From contig CBDBPB010000001.1 of NCBI GenBank assembly GCA_965208615.1, positions 288,001 through 352,000 of the forward strand: a stretch of DNA of 64,000 nucleotides, given 5' to 3'. A program made the position numbers and the translations under genes. How positions within the stretch are numbered: position 1 is the first letter of the stretch; every line of letters begins with the position of its first letter. Under the pieces are notes generated by a model, which ran no database searches, was not told where the DNA came from, and worked only from the letters and a program-made list of their open reading frames with translations. Below, piece after piece: positions 19,913 to 29,176 of this stretch. Source of the stretch: Spirochaetota bacterium (lineage in GTDB: Bacteria > Spirochaetota > UBA6919 > CBDBPB01).

Positions 19913-20689
19913 TTATGACCCCCTGTTTGTATATACTTTTAATCTTTCATTAGCGATTTCTGTATACTCTTTAGATATTTCTGAGCCAATCCATCTTCTG
20001 CCTAACAAATGTGCTACTTTAGCTGTAGCCCCGCTCCCCATAAACGGATCGTAAACCAAGTCATTTTTATTAGTCCATGTTTTAATCTGGTCGATAGCAA
20101 GTTGCTCGGGGAAAATAGCTGAGTGGTTATAAGCAATCTTATCCTTAGTGGATATACCCCCACCAATTGAGTAAAAGAATACATTACCTAGCTTTTTATT
20201 AGTCGTTCGGTTTACTTTTTTATAATTAAGAGTCCCAGCCTTTCCTCTATTTTTCATATTAGCAAGCCCCCTATATTTCGTTTGCTCTGTAATAGGATTA
20301 AAAGTCTTTGGACTGTCCTTTGAAAAAGCAAACATATATTCAAAGTGTTGATGATAACGCTTACCACTTGTAGGCATTGGATTGTTTTTATAGTAGATCA
20401 TAGTATCGTGCAAATTAAAGCCAACCTGTCTAAAATGTATTGCTTGCTTGAAAGAGGTTAATGTCTCACTACCGTTTTCTGTTTTATCTCCTACAACCCA
20501 GATAATCACTCCACCAACTTTTAATATTCTGTATAGCTCTTTTATTATGCTCTCAAATAAAAAGTTATAGCCGTTATAATCCCTTAAATCATCATAAGGT
20601 GGGGATGTTAAAACCATATCCACAAAATTATCCTCAAATAATTTCATAGTGTCAATACAGTTTTCTTGATAAATAGTATTTTCTTCCAT
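19913..20689 (-). CDS. Orphan site-specific DNA methyltransferase (beta class, N4-C/N6-A)
   Basis: TSPPY catalytic motif precedes the DPFMGSG SAM motif; H.A.FPE; no adjacent endonuclease. Confidence 0.9.
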   Translation of the reverse strand: MEENTIYQENCIDTMKLFEDNFVDMVLTSPPYDDLRDYNGYNFLFESIIKELYRILKVGGVIIWVVGDKTENGSETLTSFKQAIHFRQVGFNLHDTMIYYKNNPMPTSGKRYHQHFEYMFAFSKDSPKTFNPITEQTKYRGLANMKNRGKAGTLNYKKVNRTTNKKLGNVFFYSIGGGISTKDKIAYNHSAIFPEQLAIDQIKTWTNKNDLVYDPFMGSGATAKVAHLLGRRWIGSEISKEYTEIANERLKVYTNRGS

Positions 20690-20730
20690 TTTACTACACT
20701 ATAGCAAATTATAAATAGGTTATAATAGTT

Positions 20731-22134
20731 TTAGTTACAAACTATGGTTGATTCTTCTTGTGTCGGCTTACTGTTTGCTTGCTTCTTAGTAAGAATGCTC
20801 TCTAAAAGAGGTGTCATACAGTTTAGTATTTTCATTTGAATGGCTATATTCCATAATGGTTCAAGCTTTCTCCACCCACTTGTATAAAAGAAATGCTTAA
20901 GTTTATTCCTTAGACTATCATGAATCGAACTGGCTTTAAAAATAGAACCCCATTCATAAAAATATTTATATGCTGTATCATATCCATTTTTTAGCTCCTC
21001 ACAAGTCATACCAACAGGTATGAATGTAACATTTCGAGTATTATATAAATCCCAGTTCTCTGTAATAATCCGTCCAGACTCTTTAAGACGCTTATAAAAT
21101 GCAGTACCAGGATAGGGAGTAGCAATATGAAAAGTAGCCGTTGTTATACCCATCTCTAATGCCCAGTCAACAGTTCTCTTAAAAACGTCTTTATTGTCTC
21201 CATCCAAACCAAAAACAAAGCTAGCGTTAATCATAACCCCAAGATCGTGAAGCCTATTAATGACTTTTTCATAGTCCTTATTAATGTTTTGCCGTTTATT
21301 ACTAACCTTAAGGCTATCAAAGTTTAAACTCTCAAAACCAATGAAAATGCTCTTTAGGCCAACCTCAGCGGCTAAATCAATAAGATCACTATTTAATATA
21401 GAATCTACAGTGGCTGCCCCCTGAAATATTCTATTCATACTCCTCATTTCGTAAAATAAGTTTCTAACAAAAGACTTAGCACCAAATAAGTGATCATCTA
21501 AAAAATAAAGATGTCTACCTTTAAGCTGCTCTATTTCATTTAATACATCATCTAACTTTTTTGTATAAAATGATTTTCCATTCTTAAAAAAGGAATCCTT
21601 ATAACAAAACTCACAGTGATAAGGACAACCCCTCGATATAATAAGAGAGTTCGGAACTAAATATAATCTTCTTTTTATTAAGTCTCTCCTCAAAGGAGGA
21701 ACATCAATTAATGATCTATGTTTAGAAATATATACTTTTTTAATCTTGCCTTTTCTGTAGTCAGATAAAAAAGTTGAGAATATACCTTCTCCAGGACCAA
21801 TAATAATAGAATCGGCATACATCTTTGCCTCTTTAGGTAAAGATGTTACATGCAATCCACCTAAAATAACAAAAATACCTTTCTTACGATAGTGATTAGC
21901 TATACGATATGCCCTATAAGCATTGGATATGTAAACTTGAATGGCAACAATATCAGGATCATCATCCAAGTATAACTTTTGAACATGCTCATTAACAACC
22001 TCTACTTCATCCGAAGGTAGTAAATAACCAGCAAGAGTTACTAATCCCAAAGGAGGAAAAAGTGAATACTTAATAGATCGCCTAATAGAACCCTCTACTT
22101 CATTAAAAGCTGGCATTATGAACTTTATTTTCAT
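20731..22134 (-). CDS. B12-binding radical SAM protein
   Basis: PPLGL..LA, GGLHVT, SRGCPYHCEFC, FLDDHL, GFES, TPYPGT. Confidence 0.92.
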   Translation of the reverse strand: MKIKFIMPAFNEVEGSIRRSIKYSLFPPLGLVTLAGYLLPSDEVEVVNEHVQKLYLDDDPDIVAIQVYISNAYRAYRIANHYRKKGIFVILGGLHVTSLPKEAKMYADSIIIGPGEGIFSTFLSDYRKGKIKKVYISKHRSLIDVPPLRRDLIKRRLYLVPNSLIISRGCPYHCEFCYKDSFFKNGKSFYTKKLDDVLNEIEQLKGRHLYFLDDHLFGAKSFVRNLFYEMRSMNRIFQGAATVDSILNSDLIDLAAEVGLKSIFIGFESLNFDSLKVSNKRQNINKDYEKVINRLHDLGVMINASFVFGLDGDNKDVFKRTVDWALEMGITTATFHIATPYPGTAFYKRLKESGRIITENWDLYNTRNVTFIPVGMTCEELKNGYDTAYKYFYEWGSIFKASSIHDSLRNKLKHFFYTSGWRKLEPLWNIAIQMKILNCMTPLLESILTKKQANSKPTQEESTIVCN

Positions 22135-22217
22135 TAGATACCCTCTCTAACAATCCTCCAATATAACCAGCATTCAATTATTCCAATTCTACTTTAGCTA
22201 CATATCCTAAACCAAAA

Positions 22218-24977
22218 TTAGATAGTGTTAGGAATAATCTTGGAAAACTGATCCAATATCTTATCAGAATCTTTGTTAAACTTATTAGAAAATAAAGCTA
22301 ACTGCTTGTCATACTCTTTGTCAATACTGATCTTTGAAAAAACATTTATAAAATCAATAATCTCTTTCTTTAAAAAAGACCTATCCTCAATATCACTAAC
22401 CATACCAATATTCTTAACCCCAACACCAAGCTGATTCTTATGAACCTTACCCCTAATATAAGACGCTCCAGCTGACATACCACTACAAGCATAATACCCA
22501 ACAGGAGAGTCTATGTCAAAAATGTTTAATAATATTCCAATCCCCCCTTGAGCATACTCCATAAAATAATCACCCATACCCTTATCCTTGCTAAGACCAA
22601 ATATGCCAACAGGTGGCTCCCTATCACTAATAAGAGGTGCAAAGGTTTTTAAAAACTCCTCCCAACCTAAACTGTCAATAAGCCCCTTTCGCTTTTGATA
22701 GTGAAAAAGCAATTCATTAATAATATCAGTCTTTTCCAAACCCTCATACCTTTTAGGATTAATGTTTTTCCATACCTCTGGTAAGCCTGCCTTGAAAAGT
22801 AAAAGACTCCTAACCCCTCCAGCCTTAGCAACCCTAAACTTACCAGAAACCGCATAAGACGCAAATAAATCATTAACCTCACCAGATATGTTAATCTCAC
22901 TAGGGTTAGACGTATTAGCAACACCAACCTGTGCATTACCACGAATAGTCATAACATTTGTATGAGCAGGATATGTAGTAACCTTGGTATCCCTTATAAA
23001 AGCAAAAGAATTATTACCAACTAACCCATGAACGTTTATCTCATCAGCCTTAACCCCAGTACCAATATACCTGTGTCCAACAACATTCTGTAAAGTGAAC
23101 CTCCTAACCCCCATATCACTTGCCCTTTTCATAATTAGATTAAGAACACGGCTATCAACTCTATCAACCCCAACATCAATCTCTAAAAAGTCATTGTTTA
23201 TGCCTTTTAGGTATCCATCGATCAAAAAGCTATTCTCATCATAGCTCTCATTTTCACTTTTAAATATTGCATGCTTCTTTTTACCAGGTAGAATAACATT
23301 ATTCAACTGCTTTTTCCATTCTTTTTTACCAAAAGTCTCATACAAAAGAGGGTCATTACCATGATAGCGAAACCTTCGTGATCCAACAACATCCGCAAGA
23401 GTACTCATACCAAGCCCAGCGGCAAGTCCTTCCATATCGTGGATGAAACTCTTATTCATATTAATAATTCTATTAGAACCCTCTTCTGGATCAATCCGTG
23501 TACCATAAGGACGTGAGGTAATACCCCATGCACATTGATCAGTATGACAACGCTTACAAAGAGTACAGCCCAAAGGGTGCAAATGCCTCATACCCATACC
23601 CACAAAGTCTGCCCCAGCTAAAAAGGTTAAAAATGCACTAAAAGAATCAGTAAGCCCCCCTTCTGCAATAATAGAGACAGACTCCCTAAGCCCCTCTGCC
23701 CTTAAAGCAAAATCAGCTATGTGTGCAAGATAAACAGTATTTAATCCCCTATTTTGTAAGTCAACATGATGAGCCGCACCAGTAGAACCATCACCACCCT
23801 TTATCGTAATATAATCAAACCCAGCCTTTGCTAATGCCACTACAATCTCTGCATAGTTCCAAGCAGTACCATAAGCATCAGCTCCTATTAGCTTGTCATC
23901 CCCCACAACAGCCCTAAGAGTCTCTACCCTCATTGGCAATTCTTCAATAGAATATTGTAAATGTTGTGGATTAGGTGCAGTAAGAGTCCTTAATGCCTCA
24001 ACACACCTAAGAAGAGCGATCTCTAAATCGTTTTTAGGAGCAGGTAAACGTCCTCCCTTACCCTTTTTAGCATCCTGACCATACTTCATATTAAAACCAG
24101 CAAACTTATCCAGCTCTACCCAAGAACCATAACCACCAGACCCAAACTGAATAATACAATATTGAAAAGCCGACTCAAAGTCTGGATGTATAAACCCTTC
24201 ACCTGTGAAAAATGGCCTTTGCAAGCTAATAGACGCCATCATCCTAGCCATAAACGCCTCATGACTATTAGAACCATAACTCTGATTAACATCAAATATA
24301 GGACACTCAATCCTAAACCTTGCATTACGTTTTCCAAGATATGATTGACGTAAGTTACCAGCATACTCATGACGATTATCCCTCTGAGGACTAAGTATCT
24401 CAGCCGCATCAATAAGCCATTCATTGCGTATCTTAGAAGGAAGCTCACCTAAATGAGCAGAACCCACCATAGACCTTCCCTCACTACGTTGTATAGCCCC
24501 GTTAATTACAGAGTGATCACTTAAACTACATCCAATAGAGTTATAATCCCTTTCTTCATATACCTGAATAGCACCTCTAGGACACTCCTTTACACACCTC
24601 TTACAATTACAACACTCCTCCTGAACAATGTGGAGTACCTTATCAACAAATACAGCCTCTTGACCATCATCAGGATATATATGATTGCCATCCTTATCAA
24701 CAGCAATCTCCTCCATCCTGAATACTCCAAAAGGTAAATCAGGTCTGTCTAAATTATGAGTACAGGCAATTACACACGTACCACAATGTATACATCCCTT
24801 ACCTGGTTCTTCGTTCTCAGAAGTAACCTTAACCCTATACTTAGAGCCAATATTACTAATACTAAGCCTATTAGGCTCGTCGTGAACAATAAATGTCTTT
24901 CTTATTAGCTTATTTGCATTATCAGGAAGTTTATAATCGTTTATGATTAAGTTTTCAGGAAGCTTTTTTCCACTCAT
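22218..24977 (-). CDS. Divergent glutamate synthase-related protein: ferredoxin + FMN barrel + GXGXG domain
   Basis: [11 protein letters not shown] / [65 protein letters not shown]; likely start ATG 24977 (MSGKK). Confidence 0.85.
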   Translation of the reverse strand: [919 protein letters not shown]

Positions 24978-26121
24978 AGTCCAACCTTTTAGGAACTCCA
25001 TTATTAATATCAAAGGCAACTACCTTACCCGCATCAGGATTGAATATCTCAATATCCTCTCCAAGAGCATAAGCGGCCATAACAACAGCTCTCTCTTCAC
25101 TAGCCATAAACGTAACCTTATCATTATAACCAATAGTAAATGCTCTTAGATGATCCCTGTCAGTCAAGCCAATAAGAATATCCCCAATAAGAACAATGGC
25201 TGTAGTTGGTCCACTAAACTTAAATCTATTTAAGATAGAGTTAGAAGTTAACTTATGATAAATATCCCTTTCTTTATCTTCCATTAACTCTGCCTCTTTT
25301 GGGAACTTACGGCATACAATCCATTCAATCTCTTTTAAAGAATAGTTATTTTCAAGCAAATAATGCAGTAACTTAAAAATAGCCTCTGAATCAGTACCCA
25401 CATGAAGAGGTATGCCTATTTGCTCTAGAGCTATGGCATTGGACTTATCAGATGATAGGTGTCCATTATGAGTACCAGATACATTACCAAGAGCAATAGG
25501 TTGTGGACCCCACCATAACCCTCTACCCCTACTTGTTGGCCATCTCATGTGAATCTGACAAGCTGTTATATCCCTATCCTCGTACTGAGCAATGTCAAAT
25601 ATGTTAAGAGTATCATCCAACTGAAAAGCGGTTAAAAATGTACCCGAATCCTGACTGCTAGAGAATATCCTCGTATCGTTAATATGGTGCATATTAAACT
25701 CAGTGACCTTTTTTCTTATGTATAACATAGGGTCTAAAATCTGATCAGTATATAACATTCTCTCAGTCTTTGGAGTGGTTACCTGATAACTAAATAACTC
25801 AGGCATATCATATTCATAATACCATTTTTTCTCAACCAAAGGACGCTTTTTATCTATAGCAAAACCCCAACCCTTTAACACATTCTCAAGCTCACTAATA
25901 TTAGAACGATTCCTATACATAACATGAAAATGAAATATATTATCACCCTTATAAGGATATACACCCTTTAATGTAACCCCAGAACCTGTTCTACCCCTAT
26001 ATTGCAAGCAATAAGCAGCATTCAATACATTGCTAAGCTTAAACTGTCCAGCCGCAGTTAATAAACCACATGCACCAGGTGGTATACCCTCGTCCCCACC
26101 ACTAAATGTCCTTATATCCAT
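24955..26121 (-). CDS. Second class II glutamine amidotransferase with a 17-aa propeptide
   Basis: ...PPGA-CGLL, QYRG, HMRWPTS, HNGH, TDSE, SGP, DRDHLR, ASEE. Confidence 0.82.
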   Translation of the reverse strand: MDIRTFSGGDEGIPPGACGLLTAAGQFKLSNVLNAAYCLQYRGRTGSGVTLKGVYPYKGDNIFHFHVMYRNRSNISELENVLKGWGFAIDKKRPLVEKKWYYEYDMPELFSYQVTTPKTERMLYTDQILDPMLYIRKKVTEFNMHHINDTRIFSSSQDSGTFLTAFQLDDTLNIFDIAQYEDRDITACQIHMRWPTSRGRGLWWGPQPIALGNVSGTHNGHLSSDKSNAIALEQIGIPLHVGTDSEAIFKLLHYLLENNYSLKEIEWIVCRKFPKEAELMEDKERDIYHKLTSNSILNRFKFSGPTTAIVLIGDILIGLTDRDHLRAFTIGYNDKVTFMASEERAVVMAAYALGEDIEIFNPDAGKVVAFDINNGVPKRLDYEWKKAS

Positions 26122-26171
26122 AATATATACCCAATTAAGTTGATTATATCAAATCTAAAATATAATAAGGC

Positions 26172-27902
26172 CTAATAAGCTATGTCATCGTAAGATATAT
26201 ATTGCTTATCCACAATGTCTTTCCAGTTATTATCATAGGGAACAATTGCCATTGCATTCCTTGGACAGCCTGTAACACTATCCTTTGTTTGGCTACTTAC
26301 TTTTTCTTTAATAAATTTATAAAAATGACTATCTTTTTTAGCATTCCAATTCTTAGAAAGCTTTAATATGCTCTCATTAGCATAATCACGACACCAATCA
26401 CACTGGATGCATATACCACAATTCCAACACCTTGATGCCTTTGACATAGCAAGATCATCAGATAAAGGTAAATCAACCTCTTTAAAATTGCCTTTTCTTT
26501 CTTCAATGGATAACTTACCCAACCTTAACCTCGCCTCAACAGGGAAGTACCTCTTTTTAATAGTATCATAAAAAGCAACGTCGTCATTATATTTAGGACG
26601 TTCAAGGTTCTCACCCAAATAATTACGAACCTCTATAGCCGTATCCTGTGAAGCCCCTACAGCCCTAACTACCATCCCAACAGAGCCACTATTGCCCTGA
26701 AGAGCATCCCCAGTAATGAAAAGCTTATCCTTGTCTTCTTTTTCTAAAGCGTCTATAAAGATATTATACCCTTCTATCCTATAATCAGAAGTAATAAAAC
26801 TTAAATCTGGCGTCTCACCAATAGCCGTAATAACAGTATCCACCTCCAATTGATAGATAGACCCCTTAATAGGCACAGGACGCCTTCTACCAGATGAATC
26901 AACATCCCCTAATCTCATTCTCTCCATAGAAAGCTGAAGTTTTCCACTCTTAAGCTTTTTTATATCAGTAGGTGCAGTAAGAAAACTAAAATCAATACCC
27001 TCTTTTTTAGCCTCATCTACCTCACCCGGATGAGCAGTCATCTCAGTCATACTACGCCTATAATAAACACTAGGATTAGCACCAAGACGTATAGACGACC
27101 TTGCAACATCAAAAGCTGTATACCCACCCCCAATAATAGCAATATCCTTACCAACTTCCAATGACTTAAGAAGTCCGTTATAATTAGCACTCTTAAAATC
27201 TTGATGGTAATATAAATTACGTAAAAACTCTAAACCCACCTTAACGTCACTTAAGTTATCCCCAGATATACCCATAGACCTTGCTTTTTGAGCTCCAGTT
27301 GCAATAACTATTGCATCATGCTCCTTTATAAGGCTTTTTAAAAAGCCCCAATCTACAGGCTTATCGAGCCTAATATCAACACCAAAACTCTTTATATAAT
27401 TTATTTCATAATCCCTAAGCTCAAAAGGATAACGAAAAGGTGGTATACCTTCAAATAAAATACCACCAGCCTCTTTATGACGCTCGTATACTATAACATC
27501 ATAACCTGCTCTTGCAAGAAAATATGCACTAGATAAGCCGGCGGGTCCAGAACCAATAACAGCAATAGACTTATTCTTTCTATGTTCAACAGGCTTTGCT
27601 AATATGTTATTTTTAAAGCCATAGTCCGATGCAAAACGTTCTAAGTATTTAATATCCACAGCACTGTCAAACTTAGCCCTATTACAAGCAGTTTCACATG
27701 GATGATCACAAAAACGACCACAACCACCAGAAAATGGATTGGTCTCTTTTAATATGTTGAAGGCCTTAAGAAAGTCTCCAACACTAATACTATAAATAAA
27801 CCTGGCAATGTCATTACGTGCTGGACAGCCACCATTACCTAAATGATCTATCGAATAACACGGACTCTTCTTGTTATAATAAATAGGATATAGCTTTTTC
27901 AT
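26172..27902 (-). CDS. GltD-like FAD/NAD(P)H-dependent Fe-S oxidoreductase
   Basis: SPC...GCPA, CGRFCDHPCETAC, IGSGPAGL, IGGGYTAFD, YRR, RCWNCGICIQCDWC. Confidence 0.88.
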   Translation of the reverse strand: MKKLYPIYYNKKSPCYSIDHLGNGGCPARNDIARFIYSISVGDFLKAFNILKETNPFSGGCGRFCDHPCETACNRAKFDSAVDIKYLERFASDYGFKNNILAKPVEHRKNKSIAVIGSGPAGLSSAYFLARAGYDVIVYERHKEAGGILFEGIPPFRYPFELRDYEINYIKSFGVDIRLDKPVDWGFLKSLIKEHDAIVIATGAQKARSMGISGDNLSDVKVGLEFLRNLYYHQDFKSANYNGLLKSLEVGKDIAIIGGGYTAFDVARSSIRLGANPSVYYRRSMTEMTAHPGEVDEAKKEGIDFSFLTAPTDIKKLKSGKLQLSMERMRLGDVDSSGRRRPVPIKGSIYQLEVDTVITAIGETPDLSFITSDYRIEGYNIFIDALEKEDKDKLFITGDALQGNSGSVGMVVRAVGASQDTAIEVRNYLGENLERPKYNDDVAFYDTIKKRYFPVEARLRLGKLSIEERKGNFKEVDLPLSDDLAMSKASRCWNCGICIQCDWCRDYANESILKLSKNWNAKKDSHFYKFIKEKVSSQTKDSVTGCPRNAMAIVPYDNNWKDIVDKQYISYDDIAY

Positions 27903-28047
27903 GTTCTACCCTGACTAATATCCCCATATAAAATATTTAATGTATAAATAAAGGACAATTACAATAACTCAGCGTAAGTATAATAATTTCTTAAAAGGCT
28001 TGTTCTTTAACTACCTTTTGGATGGCTATAAGTGCTAAATATTAATG

Positions 28048-28236
28048 CTACTTTACTTCTTTATGTATTGTATGTTTTCTTTCAAACCTACAATACTTTT
28101 TTATTTCCATCTTACCTGTTGTATTTTTTCTATTTTTAGTCGTTGAGTATCGAGAAACATTTGGAATACCACTATCCCTACACTCAGTACACTCTAAGGA
28201 TATAATTATTCTACTCTCAGCCTTCTTTTTTGCCAT
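28048..28236 (-). CDS. rpmG: 50S ribosomal protein L33
   Basis: [16 protein letters not shown]...[21 protein letters not shown]....HTIHKE; true start at ATG 28236. Confidence 0.95.
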   Translation of the reverse strand: MAKKKAESRIIISLECTECRDSGIPNVSRYSTTKNRKNTTGKMEIKKYCRFERKHTIHKEVK

Positions 28237-28289
28237 TGTTTTACCTTGAAAGTTAACATAAAATAAGTTTTTTTTAATTAGGAGTATTA

Positions 28290-28318
28290 ATAATAATAGT
28301 TTTATCAAAAGGAGTCAA
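28290..28318 (-). promoter_or_regulatory. sigma70-type promoter for rpmG
   Basis: TTGACT-N17-TATTAT on the minus strand. Confidence 0.55.
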
Positions 28319-28409
28319 GAAAAATACTATAGAGTAAATCTATTTGTAGTTAAAGCTTTAATAATTTTAAAAAATTATTGATATATTAATTTGACTATAG
28401 ATAAAAAAA

Positions 28410-28595
28410 TTAGTTTTTACTATATTTTTTTTTTCCCCATTTATCTTTAAAATCAGCAGAATATTGTGAAATCCATTCTAAGGCCGCTTGTTGAAAACCA
28501 ATATCACGACACTTTTTTTCACTTTCTATCCATTTATATTGATTAATTTCGTCAATTTGAGCTAATAAAAAAGTTTTAAGCTCTTTTTCATTCAT
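28410..28595 (-). CDS. Small DUF4032-like protein, copy 2
   Basis: EINQYKWIESEK..RDIGFQQAALEWI..Y. Confidence 0.7.
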   Translation of the reverse strand: MNEKELKTFLLAQIDEINQYKWIESEKKCRDIGFQQAALEWISQYSADFKDKWGKKKYSKN

Positions 28596-28629
28596 AAGCT
28601 ACACAATTATACTTGTAATTTATAAGCAA

Positions 28630-28794
28630 TTAGTACCAACTATTTTTAAAGTCAGCAGAATATTGCTCTATCCACTCTTTTGCCGCCTGATGAAAACCAA
28701 TATCACAACATCTTTTTTCGCTTTCTATCCACTTATATCGGTTAATTTCATCGATTTGAGATATTAAGTACATCTTTAATTCTTTTGCATTCAT
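28630..28794 (-). CDS. Small DUF4032-like protein, copy 1 (54 aa, absent from the ORF track)
   Basis: Hand translation MNAKELKMYLISQIDEINRYKWIESEKRCCDIGFHQAAKEWIEQYSADFKNSWY; clear paralog of 28410..28595. Confidence 0.8.
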   Translation of the reverse strand: MNAKELKMYLISQIDEINRYKWIESEKRCCDIGFHQAAKEWIEQYSADFKNSWY

Positions 28795-29176
28795 AATAAA
28801 TTCCAGCCTATCAAAAAAACTATAAGTTCAAACATTTCACACTATACACTTAAGTCCAATAATATTAAATGATTTCTATATTGGCAAATTTTTATTTAAA
28901 AAATAATACTTTTAAAAATATTCCTTTTTTATATTTTATTACAATATATGGTAACACTTTTTTAAAGTTTTTAAAAATATAGTATAATTATTATAGCCTT
29001 TATTTTAACAATTAGCTTTATTATTTCTTTTAATATTATTTTGTTTATAACAATCGACTCTATAATTAATATAACTTAATAACTTTTTTATTCAGATAGA
29101 ATTATGAGTAAAACAGCAAATCAACTTATTAAGAAGTGTTTAAGCCACCATAATACAATATTAACTAGGAGGTTTT

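Noticed and set aside
12354-22217. Integron cassette array explaining the inserted genes
   Set aside because: No convincing attC (RYYYAAC...GTTRRRY with internal symmetry) and no integrase seen
24902-24938. 26/37 similarity of spacer 5 to the minus strand of the divergent glt gene
   Set aside because: Four of the first six (seed) positions mismatch; explained by similar codons (KLP...KL) in AT-rich DNA
26172-27902. Calling this protein DsrL, given the sulfur genes nearby
   Set aside because: No dsr genes in the window, it heads a glt cluster, and the C-terminal ferredoxin is degenerate; GltD-like is safer
28237-28308. 24-aa N-terminal extension of L33 in the ORF track
   Set aside because: It overlaps the predicted promoter; L33 homology starts at MAKKK (28236)
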